A stretch of DNA of 64,000 nt from Tubiluchus corallicola (Eukaryota > Animalia > Priapulida). Both the position numbers and the translations under genes were made by a program. The notes under the pieces were generated by a model. It saw only the letters and a list, made by a program, of their open reading frames with translations, was not told where the DNA came from and ran no database searches. Shown piece by piece: positions 27,006 to 39,804 of this stretch. How positions within the stretch are numbered: the first letter of the stretch is position 1; each line of letters opens with the position of its first letter. Location: assembly GCA_030141605.1 (NCBI GenBank), contig JAQGDQ010000095.1, forward strand, positions 124,001 to 188,000, read 5' to 3'.

Positions 27006-30000
27006 ATGTCAGGAAAAGATAGAATTGCAGTCTTCCCTTCGCGAATGTAAGCTTAAATATATTCTTAGTGTTAGGTATAAATGAACTCGGGTATTATTTC
27101 TCAGGCTAATGGACGCATTAGAATGATAAATGCTGTATTTCATCACGTTGTGCTAAAGCTATTGCACTTCTTTATAAGGCTGTAGTTAGACCAATACTTA
27201 AATATGCGTGCATTGTTTGGTCACTACAGTATGTTACTTTTAAAAATGCTTTAGAAAGAACTCAGTGGAGGTGTTTTAGTCTGGCCTTTGATATTCAACC
27301 TGACTCTGTGTCTTCTCTTGAGCAACGCCGTGAATCTATAGATCTTATTAACTGTTATAGGTCATTAGTGGTAGTTCTATTTTGTGTAGCGACAAATTTT
27401 TTCTAGACCATTTACGTGGACACAATTCTACATTATATGTGCAATATTTTCGCACTAATATCAGGCCATTTCTTTTCTGTTGTGGGCCCTTGGAATACAC
27501 TTAATAGTGAAACAGTTGACGCATCAAGTCTGCCACAGTTTCGCATATTGTTGAGGAGAGACCGTCAATAACCATGTTGTGGTTAGGTCTCTTAGACTTC
27601 CCAATCATAAACTATAATGTAGATTAAGTGGTATCATAATTGCTTAGATTCTGTGATGTACCATTTGCATATGAATTCGATTGGTGTGCGTACATTTCGG
27701 CACAGAGGTTTGGATACATGAGGCTTCGCCACAAACGTTCGTACACATAGGTCATTTTTGACACTTGACGCATAGGTAATTTAGACACAAGGCGGATTTG
27801 AACGGTGCACAGCAAGTTTGGTACAGATAAACTTGGTCCTGGTGATTTTGGTTCGATAAAATTTTTGCACTGGGGAATATCAGGTACAGGGAAAATGTGG
27901 TACTTGGTAAATACAATACTGATGAAGTATTGTTTAGCGTTTTTGGCGCAAGTAATTGACATATTGAAGTAAATCTGGTACAACATAAAATGGTATGGAA
28001 CAGGTTTGATGCTAGGAATGTTTAGTACTGGAAAAGTTTGGTACTAGGAAAATTTGATACAGGGAAAGTTTGGTACAAGGAAAGTTAGTATAACGAAGAC
28101 ACCTTTTATAATGATCTTTTCAAAAAAGTTGTAGAGTTTCATATTGTTGCAACTGTTTTTATTTGGTTTTTTGTTGTTATATGTTATTTCATACGATGTC
28201 GTTTTGTCTATTTCTTGATTGCTCCTTTGTTGTGAACACATAACATATTAGTGTCCAAATAAGTTGTGTTCAAATATCATGTATATCTAAAACACCTAAC
28301 ATCTAAATGATGCACATTGCCAAAATACCTAGTCTCCAAATCTCCTATGTGTCCAGTATACCTAGTGCCCAAATGCCCCATATGTTCAATATACCTTGTT
28401 CAATATGTGTCCAAATGTCCTACTTGTCCAAAATGCCTAGTGTCTGACTAGCCTATGTGGCCAAATAACCAAATAACAGCCAATAAATTCACATCGGTTC
28501 AGTACTGAACCTTCGTTCCTTCTTCCTCAAAACCTCAACATTCACTTTCATACACTCGCTATGAAACCTAAATGTTAATTTTAACACTATTAATTGTTTC
28601 CTTATCAGAGGTCATTGATTTTACAATGTTACGGCTGTTTATCAGCAGTAATTGTGCTTTATCTTGGCTGGCGTTACAACAGGGTCGATATACTATGTAA
28701 AACGAACTTTTGGCACAACAGATAGTTTGGCGGATGGCAGTAGATGAGGTTGGCGGCATTCTCTATGTTTAATATATTGTGACAATCGGGACAAGGCAAA
28801 AGTTGGCGTTATCGCGAGGCTGGCGTTATAACAGGGGTGGTATAAGGTTCGACTATATTTCATACCAGAAACTTTATTTTTAAGTGACCCTTGAATGATG
28901 GGAGATTTCATAGCTTTATCCATTAACCAGTTCGAGGTCCTTACTTCGGTCCTTCAAAAGCTGAAAGAGTGCTACTCCTAGCATTATGGAAGCTGCTTTT
29001 AGTGCACTCCCCTCAGCGCTTATTTAAAAGATTCAATATTGGGGGCATTAGCACTATCACTGCCTAAAACTCCTACAATTTCTGCACAACATTGTAGACA
29101 AAAAGTGATTTCTTATATTCATGTACATGTGAATACTGGACTCTGCGAGAATTTTCGAAGCATTTATTCGTAATCAACACTGTGTCTTTATTCTGTATTT
29201 TACACACAATGACAAGATCAAGTTTGTCATGCTCTGCTCCAAGGTAGACATACAGCTGAAATCAACGTTGTTGGCAAAGCCTGGCATCTTCTTTGTACTC
29301 TTTTCATATTATCTTTAAAAGATACATATTGCTGTATCCAAACAAGTCCAGTATTTTTTTAATTAGAGCTTTATAGTTGATCTTTCAATGATGCCTATTC
29401 CTTAGTTAGCAGTTATTATAACATGACTAATATGAATTATATAATCAATGAACTTTACTGAACTTGAGGCATTACACCGTTACGTAAAACTTGATCTCAA
29501 GTTATTAACATTGGTGTATCAAATTGTGATTAAGTTATCAGGTTTCGCCTGAAGAATCTGTTGGTCAGACAAAGATTCAGTGTTGTCAAAATCTATCTGT
29601 AACATGTTGGAATCAAACAGACGAATCAAATCCTTTTGAATTCTTGAATGTCGTCAATAAAAATACTTATCCATGATAACACATATTCTGCCAAATCACT
29701 GGCAAATATTTACTACAAAACAATAAGAACCACTAAGCATTCTCTGTGGAATACCACTGTGAAAATGAGTCCATTTAGTAGACAGTCTATGTAAAACAAG
29801 ACCTGTTGTCTTTTGCAAGCAAGAAAAGAGCGAAACCAATGAATTGGTTTACTTTGCCGCTGATAGCAGAAAACAACATTTTCTGCAGCAAGTATTCAAA
29901 GGTTACTGAGTCAAATGCTTTACCCATATTTGTGGTATTAGGAGGAAAGCAAATTTTAAAGAGGTTGCTAAAATATTAAATATTGCATTTTCAGGGCTCA

Positions 30001-33000
30001 GACAGTGATGAAAGGCCGATTAAAAGGTGCACAAAAAGGGCATAGTTTGTTGAAGAAGAAAGCTGATGCACTGACAATGCGATTTAGAATGATTTTGAAG
30101 AAAATAATTGAGGTTTAGACTTTACACTGTTACTGCTTTTTTATATTTTTAATGTTGTTTTTTATGTCAAAACTTCGTGGTTATTTTGTGATGCAAAATG
30201 TCTGGTAGTAGCTCAGAAATTTAACTGAGTTAAATAATCAAAGGAATGGCTTAGTAGTCACAGTATGTTTCATTCAAGTAATGACAGCTGTGATTAGTGT
30301 TTCTTTAACGACTAGCTGAGCACCGAGTAGCAGGAAAATCATTTCTGAGCACTTTCGCATGTAATCTTGTCTTGCCTATCTTTTCCTTAAAAATATATTA
30401 ATATGCATCCGAACATAGTTAAGACATTCCTGTCAGATCATGGATCCTGCTTTCTAGAATGCCAGACCTTATAAGAAAAAAACTACCAACAAGTAACATA
30501 GACGACATTGTGGCATAAAATTTATGCCTTTTAGATTGCAGTAGTAATGCTTCAAAGCGTTGGCAATGATACTGGATAAAGTGTTCACAGATACTGGAGC
30601 ATGCTTTGCAATTTTTCATATACAGTTTAATCCTGGTAACATGATTTTCAGGGGACCTGGATATTTTTCTTATTAAGAGTGTTTTGCACTATCCATTACA
30701 TACATTTTTATTAACTCCTAAAATAGCAATTATGTGATGCCAGTAGTCTATACATTGGTTATCTTTTGATCAGTGAACATAATTTAACTTGTTTAACACC
30801 TGTTTTGCACAAGTACAAATTACAAGCAACACACTGTCAGTCAGTCTAGCAGAAGCAAGCCTGCAAGCAAGAAGGGTTAGTGCTGTGAGAGAGTCTGCAG
30901 TATATGACTTTTTGTTGGTTTGGTATTAAATGTATAATTGGATACCTATAAGCAGCCTGCAGTAACAAATATAGGGAATTTAAACTATCATGGCAAATTT
31001 TTATCAGCGTGGGAAGCCCAAACCCAAGCAATAATCTGACTGTGTGGCATTTAAACCTATGCAGCTGATTGAATAAATCAACAGTAGGCCTAGCCATGAT
31101 ACTGTACACACACTACATGCCTTACCTTATCATGCAAAATGAGTTGTAAAAAACGATTGATAAAGTTATGAGCAGGTTTGACAGCAGGCGAAGAGTATCT
31201 AGACGTGGCAGGCCATAGCAGAAATTGTATTACAAGTATTTTTTCATCATATTGAACTCATATTAGTGGAACTTTGAGAAATAATTATATAAAAGGGAGT
31301 TTTGTATTAACCATGAGTGATTATGTAGGTTATAACCTTGGTAGCAGAGACATAATAAAATCATCGTATTATGGAGAGTTTTAGCTGAATCATATAACCG
31401 GGATTCGGCGGTATTTATTTTATGGATATATGCTTTCAGAAACCAGGCCAATGAAACTGGCAGTTATTTTGAATGTTCAATATTAGTTTAAACTTTACAG
31501 TACAGACTACGTCTGATGCAAGTATTTTCGTGGTGCAAGTGCTAAATGCAAGGTGCTAATAAAAGAATAATGGCCGTTACAATAAATCTAACACTTCATT
31601 AGATCAAACAAGTGGCTCAAATACAATTTGGAAAAAAATGCATTTTGTCTCTATACATCTATACATGAACTTTTTTAGCTTCTATACATTAACAGTTTAA
31701 ATGAATGTTAAATATTGCTTCACTTAGGCTACAGTTTTGTGATAGTGCTCTGTAAAAAATACATGTAACAAGTTAGATAAAATCCAATTACTTGGCGTAT
31801 TAACTTGTATCATATTACACATTTGACAATTTCATTTGTTAATATATCAATAAATTTTACACTTTTTTGTTTTGTAGACAAAAGTTTTGATGGGGGAGGT
31901 GATGAAAGATGCATCATTCTCATTAGCAGAAGCCAAATTTGTTATTGGAGACTTCAATCATGTTGTTCTTCAAAATGTAACCAAAGCTCAGACGAAAGTG
32001 CGTTCAAAAAAGGACAATGTAGCAGGTAATGGAATACATTAATTACTGTTAACACTGTAATTCTCATCTCTGGGGTACAAATATGTGAGGAAGATATTAT
32101 ACCCGGCATGGATTTTTCAGATCCAAATCTAATGTAAACAGTCACACAGCTAACAGTTACTGGACTATTTATGAGTAGTACCTGCTGTATGTGGTCTCAG
32201 AACTTCTTAATAGCCAGGAACCAATTTTATTTGTAATGTAAACAGAATATATACCAGTCCCGTATCTTTCCGTATACTGCAGTTACGTAATTGCCTGTAC
32301 ATGCTCAATTGTGATCTAGCAAACTTGACAATGAAGAATACCACATTTGATATTGAGCACATTTCGTAATCCTTTACCATTAATTTACTTTTCAAAATTA
32401 TAAGCATTTTGTAATATTTATTAGCTCTCTTGCAGAGTCTAGATTACAGAAGATGAAATGAGGCAATTTATTTGTTTACAGGTGTTACACTTCCGGTTTT
32501 TGAACATTACGTAGATGGATCTGACAGTGAGTAGACAACTTAAGCTATCAGAGAATTATTTAATTGGCAATATTCCTGTAGTTTTTTTTTTAATTAATAC
32601 AAATAGTCATCTTAGTTCGCGTTAAGTTCAGAGATTATTGCACAGCAATGTCACAAGTTAGTTTAAGAAATGAACAGAACGAAAATATAAAAAACTACTT
32701 TCCTGAGAGTTCATTTTGACGAGTCGTATTGCAATTAATGTCTTTTCTAAACCACGGAGGGTTCAACTCTAATTTTGTTTGACCGAGTGTAGCTAATGAT
32801 AACTTTTTTTACCGTTTTACAGTACAATATAGTATACTTATTCGTGTACATAAAAAAATAGCTTGAAAGGGTGTTAAACATAATTATACTTAATAGGTTA
32901 TGAACTAGCTGGACTTGCTCGAGGAGGTCAGCAGGTTGGCAAAATCAAGAAGAATTATGCAAAAGCAGTAGAACTGTTAGTTGAACTAGCTTCTTTGCAG

Positions 33001-35323
33001 ACGTCTTTCGTAACACTGGATGAAGTCATTAAAATAACAAATAGAAGAGTTAATGCCATAGAACATGGTATGACAGAAAGTTGTTTACAGTATTTTGTAT
33101 TAAATTTTAAGTTACATTAACTTCCAGGGGCAAACTCTTTATTAGATGAAGATGCTGTGCTGGGGTGATTTTACCATAGCCCTCTACCTAGCACATTCCT
33201 GACATTTTTCCCATGGGACTTCGCTTGGCAAGCCATTGGGTGCTTGCTTTGCAACTAAACATAAGAAATTAAACTGCTTAATAATTCATTAGGCTTGCAA
33301 GCTAGGGTCATGAAACGTGCAGGATGGGTAACCTAAAGCAGGGGAAGGATAGCAGTATGTTAGCCTTTGACCCCTGTTCAAGGGGTGAAGGGCAGTGGGC
33401 ATTGGCCAGTTTTATGATTCAACTCCTATGGCTATTTTTTTTCTCAAGTATCTAGGTACTAAGAGGTAAATGTACACTTGGGAATTTAAAAAGGCGGGAC
33501 TCCTTAAGGCCCGACATAGGAGTCAAAACGTGAAAATTAGGACAAACAGGTTTATCATGCAACTGTCATGTCTTATAGTATTGGACTAGTTCTGAGTCAA
33601 TGTTTATGAATGTATTGGTATTATTATTATATTATATGTTTGCAGAACTGGGCAAATGTATGTGCATTTGCTTTTATTCTGAGTGGGTAACCAGGTAGGT
33701 ATGAATGTGCTTTAAGTATTTTTCAAAAAGTGGGCATGGCCAGATCACGTGACATGAGAAAAAGTGTTAAAACAGGGTTTTGTAAATAACTGAACAAGTA
33801 AACAAGCTGGTGTCACAAAATTTGCAGAGCAGGACCTTGGCAAGGTCCTGAATGATGACCTTGGGTCAAAGAGTCAGTGTCAAGGTCAGTAGATGTATAT
33901 CAGTTTTCCGTTATGTCTCCTACAGTTTCTGAGCTGTTTTTTGGTATGTGGCTAGACAGGTCCAAATTCTTAAAGCATATCTGATCATTTAGATAGGATC
34001 ATTTACATAGTGAAAAAAATTTCTGCTAGGGTTGGGTGGGTCTGTGCAAATGTTTTTCCAATTCTAAAGAATAATGACCTGTAGTAAAATTAAAGGTCTT
34101 AAAGAAACAATTTGAATGGTATAGTCATAGTCATTGGACAAATTCTAAAGAGTAATGACTTGTAGTAAAATTAAAACTCTTAGTGATGCAAATTGAACGA
34201 TATGGGTTGATCCATGTCTAGAGTCATTGGATAAAAAGTGACCATTTCGCTTTCATTAAAACGAAATGCATTTCATTTCGTTAAAATGAAATGCATTTCC
34301 TAGGTTGTCAAAGAGCAATTACGAACTTTAGACCCAAGGCCCATGGATTAAGGTTAAAAAGTGATATTTTGTTAATGCGAAATGCAATTCCTAGGCTACA
34401 AAACATGGCGAATTCATTGAAGGCAAAATTATGACATCCAGACAAAAGACTATTGTTATTTCAAGTTGAAAATCTGTAATTATTGTTTGCTCAGTTTCGC
34501 CAGACACAGTGTCAGCTAGTTTTCTTTTTAGTTATCATTCCTCGGATAGAGGCAACGTTGGCATACATCATTTCCGAACTGGATGAAAGGGAAAGAGAAG
34601 AATTTTATCGGTTTGTAATAAATAATATTGCTGCAACACAATAGATGTCGTAATATGTAAACTGAATTTGGTGAAAACATTATTCACAAGTTTTAAAAAT
34701 GGTGCACCCATATGGAAATTTATTGAGGAGTGAATAGATACTATTGTCCATTTGTTGGTGTGCCGTAAAGACACCAATGCTAATGCGCAATAATGATGTA
34801 GCGACCTAATATTATAGGGTCGATTAGTGCATAATGGCAATCATTTTGCTGACCCTGGATTCCCTAGTCTCCAGGTCAATTTCTGTCTTTTTCTATAACA
34901 TTAAAATGAAATTTGGTATTTATATAGTAGATGATTAAAGCAAAATTTAATTAAGAGTGTTTTACCTTAAGCTGCTAATAAATCCATCAGTGTGTATGAT
35001 GCTCAAATTCAAGAACAAAAAGGACTTAAGAAAAACATGAAGCTTGTGTGAATTATATGACCACGTCAGCAATTTTTTCAAGCAATGGCATTGAGACTTA
35101 TAATGTTGAAGTAACTGACATATCATATTGTTGTCAAGTGAATAACACTATAATGTGTTAACATTTCTTTCGTTGCAGACTGAAGAAAATACAGGGCAAG
35201 AAAAAGAAAGCTAGAGATGTCAAAGAGAAAGCTTTAGCTGAACTGAAAAAAGAAGGCATTGATGTTGACAATCCAGCTAATATATTAGATGATACAGCTG
35301 ATGATCAAGACTTGTTGTTCTAG
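27006..35323 (+). CDS. ATP6V1D: V-type proton ATPase V1 subunit D, 7 exons
   Basis: [45 protein letters not shown]...[12 protein letters not shown]...[12 protein letters not shown]...[62 protein letters not shown]...DQDLLF*. Exons: 27006-27046, 29995-30112, 31878-32025, 32482-32526, 32897-33067, 34532-34610, 35179-35323. Confidence 0.97.
27105..27565 (+). mobile_element. Decayed CR1/L2-type LINE, RT C-terminal remnant
   Basis: Translates [27 protein letters not shown], compare CR1/L2 LYxSLVRPxLEYxxxVWSP..LERVQRR; frameshifted. Confidence 0.75.
27673..28490. mobile_element. Foldback-like element with short-period GGACA/TGTCC arms and an internal GGTAC array
   Basis: Left units (TTTGGATACA/TTTAGACACAAGG) mirror right units (TGTCCAAATGTCCTA). 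27805-28090 is an (AAATTTGGTACAGG)-like array of the same family as 59625-60980. Confidence 0.55.
29100..29930 (-). mobile_element. Decayed CR1/L2-type LINE reverse transcriptase remnant
   Basis: The reverse strand gives KAFDSV, W.RSFL...RQQV, SGIPQ, F.DD and ..RVQRR motifs with stops and frameshifts. Confidence 0.7.
30623..31411. mobile_element. Tc1/mariner-pogo-type MITE (TA target)
   Basis: TA on both sides; degenerate TIRs CAGTTTAATCCTGGTAACATGATT versus reverse complement CCGCCGAATCCCGGTTATATGATT (17/24). Confidence 0.5.
33170..34519 (+). mobile_element. Helitron/Helentron-like non-autonomous element in ATP6V1D intron 5
   Basis: CCTTTGACC/GGTCAAAG-type motifs, an internal ~80-bp tandem duplication (34061-34230), and a 3' palindrome GACACAGTGTC followed by CTAG|T at 34516-34520. 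The 5' boundary is approximate. Confidence 0.45.
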
Positions 35324-36986
35324 TAAACAGACACAAAGTAGAAAATCTGTAGTGGTAACTAAGAAACTGTCTTCGTTTCTTAACATGAGTATTCTGTATT
35401 GTGGGAAAGTACAAGGTTTTTGTGTATTAGTTAATAAGTTCAGTGTAACTGTATTCAAGTAAAAAGTTTAGAATTCAATGTAAATTTGTAAATACTTGTT
35501 TGTCAAACAGATTAGGTGTGATGGTGTGATGAATTAACTAATACAGCTTAATGAAGAAATATGAGCTTTGATGAGCATATAGTATTCAAAGTATAAATGC
35601 ATGCTTGTAGGCCATGTACATGAGCATAGTTAATGCTTTGTAAACTATACAATAATTTGTTATATTATATAAAATACTTTATTAAATTAGTTTAACATAC
35701 ATAAAATAATTAAAAAAAACTAGCTTCTAATAGTAAACTGCATGGTAATAGTAATAGAAAAATACATAAGAATCCACAATGTAGTAACTATAATCCACAT
35801 TTTGTAATTTCCATGGTTGTACTTGGTGCTCGGGGTCTGTTTTTGCAATTTGCATCAGAAAACTTCTGAAAAGCAGCAGCTTTCTAATTTTGCCCTAAAA
35901 TTTTTGTTCAGTTGACCTTACTGCACAAACAATGATAACGATTATTGTGTTGCAATTTGTGACACATTTGCCTATAAAATTGATGTACCTCCTTTATCAT
36001 GTTAATGTTAACATTACTTTCAACCTCCCAATATTAGGTGTACATTATAACTGTATGTAATGGCAGGTACAACCTTTAAGTGTGCAAACAAGTTGCGACT
36101 GCAGCAAAGACACCTTTAGTGGTTACCTAACTCTAATCATAAGCCAAACTGAGATATTTATATGGAAGAAATACAAACTAAATGTTCAACATGCATTGCT
36201 GTACAAAAATTAACAATGTAAAATTTCCAGAAATTTTAATGAAATTTATTTTTAATACTTGATAACATGAATCATAAAATGACTTCTACATCTTTTTGAT
36301 ACCTGACCTAATGCATTACGTGGTCTGATTGGTAACATTCCATGAAGATATTATGCAGGAAATTCGTGTGTTGTACAAAACTAACAAAACACTTAATATA
36401 TTATGCCTAGTAGTAATTCTTTTTTGGAATCGTAACTAGCATGCACATTTTTCTCACTATTAGACAGACTTAAAAGCAGTTAAACAAGTATTGTAAAAGT
36501 TGAAGTCCAAAAATTTTATAACTATAAGTATCGAGCATTTATTCTCACAAAAAATTCCTCGCATTTTAATGCAAACCTGTGCTTTTCTTACAGCTGCGAT
36601 AATATTGACAGAAGTGATTCTAGCAAATTGCATTTTGGTTATACTGCGGAATGTGTAATGTACACTGATTGTGTTTCTAATTCTGTGTAATTGGACAAAA
36701 GCAAGAACTAAGCAAAATGTAATGTAATTTTTTTAGTTTTTTTTTGAGAACATCCTTTTTACATATGGTAATCATGGTGTACAAATTTAACTTATTAGTG
36801 ATGACTGTTGTTGCTGATGTTTGTAAATTTTGGTTACACTTTATTAATTGCTTATCAATCATTATATTTGTTATGGGAAAATATAAAATGATTATGGTAA
36901 TTTAGTGTCTTATATATTGCAGTTTCATGCGTTGTTTAGTACAAATCTTTTCTTAAATGAAATGGAGTTCAGCATTTTTCGATGAC

Positions 36987-39768
36987 TCAGAAACCATCTC
37001 CTGCCTGAAAAAATGCCAAAAGTAAGAAAGTGAACAGAAAGTAATCATTCTGAGTTTGCGTCATTCTTTCTTGACACAAACTTGAAAAAATACTCGTTTC
37101 GTGGCATATTTATCAATGCTGTTACTCTTGTGGCACATATTAGTTTTTGTTCCAGAGAGAGAAAATTCTGCAAACCGTGAATTTAGTACATAAACTTAGT
37201 ATATTGCCATAATTGCTCTACAGTACTTAAGTCACTGCTGGCTCTTTGTAGCAACATACAGGGCCAGCTTTACCATTAGGCAAACTAGGCATTTGCCTAA
37301 GGTGCCAAATTGTAATTTTTTAATTAAGTCTAATTTTCAAGTTTAGCATAAATCAATTTAAAGTAGTTATAACATAGTGCATGTGGAATAAACCTTTTCA
37401 CAGTTTCGTTGTGCGCACGTACATTTGCTGCATGTCAAATGTTAAGTGTACCACAGCAATGCGTTTTAACTACAACCGTCATGTGATGTGTGTAAAGCAA
37501 AGCCATCTGCTGCATCAGTTCAGTAACTTCAATTGTTTTACATGGACTTTACTTAATTATACATAAGTCTGTGTGTACAGTGATTTACTAGCAGAATTTT
37601 GCTTGGGAACAAGAAAAAATGAACTAGGTAAAATTCTAGTTAGCTGTTAAAACTGTATAGAATTACAATAACATAGGCATTGTCAAGTGTACACAAATAC
37701 ATTGCCTGGTACACTTAACCTTTGACCTTTTCACAATCATCCTCAATTATTGGAACTGTGAAAAGGCTTACTGCTTTGTGCACAACACTTTAATTAGATG
37801 AAACAAACTATATGCATTATTTTCCTGTCAATGTGTATAATTGATCGATGATAGCAAGTATTTTCCTGTAGCAGCAGAGTTATGTGGAAGTGCTTATAGT
37901 AGTGATCCCTCTGTTAATAAAAGTTTCTTACACTAGCAGAAAAAAACCTATGAGAATTGGAAGTCTCCAGGAGCTTAATTACAGGAATACAAAAGGTAAA
38001 AAATTTGGCAAGTGGCAACATTGAACAGCAAAAAGATTCGCTAATGAAGCATTTGCAACCAGACAGAGTTAGTGAAATGGGTGTATACGTAAAAAAAGAG
38101 AAGTTATGGTTTCAAAAATTTCTGATGAAAAGACCAAACGAAAATCTAACCAGGATAAGCAGAAATTGCAGTAATTTGATTGCTCCTCAAGACCCACACA
38201 AACAGTGGGATCATAAATTAAATTTTAAATTCAGTCTACACAAACACTTAATTAGTACACTATACTACATGTGTAAGACGTACACATGACCCGTCATACT
38301 TTATTATAATGTTACACGAGAAAAATTCAATTTTTAGGGTGTGATAGGGAGCGTGGGGGAAAGAGTTGACCATTGAGGAGAGTGGACTAAAAAATCTCTT
38401 GCCTAGGACGTCAAACTGCTTAGAGATAGTCCTGGCAACATGTCTGTTTTATTAGATGGCAGGCCTTAAGTTTGTGAAACAAAAAACAACGGATAATGCT
38501 AGTACATTTAGTGAACGGCTAATGACAGGCATGACCTACCTACTTTTGTTGTTTCTTATCACTACCACTGAAACGACAGTATTATTTGCTCACTAGTGTG
38601 ATGACAGGCATTGGTATGAAAGTTTGGTTAGGTTCGCAGATATGTTGGTAAATAGGGACAATAATATTATTAACTAGCCAAACCCCGCAAAAAGAATTTT
38701 GCACATAAATCAGAACATAACCCACACCATACCACTCCACCACACCATACCACTGCACCGCACCACCCACATCACACCACACCCTGCCACTAACACCACA
38801 CACACCACATCATCAATACCACACATTGCCACCAGGCAACACCCTACCATCTCACCACACCATACAACCCACACAAAATCAAATCCACCGCCTCAGATGG
38901 TGATCAAAGTGTTGATGATGATGATGATGGTGGCAACGATGACGACACCTATAGCACCAGCACCAACAGCACAGCTTCACAACAAAACCATACCAAACAT
39001 TTTCCACAAAGTCGAAACTCTGTACTATAATAAATGCTGTTAGTCTATTTACCAATGATCAATAATGTGCGGACATTTTGTTTGCTGCTTCTCAGATGAT
39101 AATAAGCTAACACAGCATACTTGCACGCATAATCTATAACACTGTAGAATGGCGGGTGACAACAATGCATGGAACAGCCGCAAAATCTCAAGCTCAGAGA
39201 CAATGGATGTTCCAAATAGCGTGCAGCACAGGGGGGTAGAAGAAGAACTTCGAAATACACCCCCTCCCGTTTCGTCCAGTATACATCTCTGCCAACAAAA
39301 CCTTCAACATTTTGTAGACCGGTTTGTCCTTTTTCTGCGAGTGTGTTTATTTTTCCCCAACATGCCCAAACAGTTGCACAAATTGAGTTGTCCTAGAGGT
39401 TTTATGAGCAGTTTTCTGCAAAATTTGCGTGGTTGGGTCCGGGAAAACACCCGTCACGGGGCGTTGTGGCCCTACCCCGAATTCTAAATATGACTATTAC
39501 ACCCATCACTGAACGGGCTATTCAATCATTACCAACATCACCCAAAGCCCTTCCGGATCTCTAGAAATAAGAGGTATAAGTTTTGCAAAAAATGGGCAAA
39601 AATGGTTATTTTTGGAGGTTTTTCGGCCCCCGTTCCTCCAGGTGGGCCCGATTCGAAAAATAAACCCCCAGGTGCGAACCCTTGGGTGGAGACCTTTCAT
39701 TTGATATATATATATCGTCGAAAATGGTGCCGTCGTCGCAACTGTAGCCTCGTCGGCGGTCATACATC

Positions 39769-39804
<36 letters not shown>

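Noticed and set aside
27805-28090. CRISPR-like regularly spaced repeats (also 59625-60980)
   Set aside because: Degenerate tandem units without unique spacers, no cas genes, eukaryotic intron context; explained as foldback transposon arms.
35727-35894. Possible alternative terminal CatSper1 exon (minus-strand TTTTAG acceptor followed by an open frame)
   Set aside because: The 36987-37004 exon already provides the conserved EAG C-terminus; this frame has no recognisable similarity.
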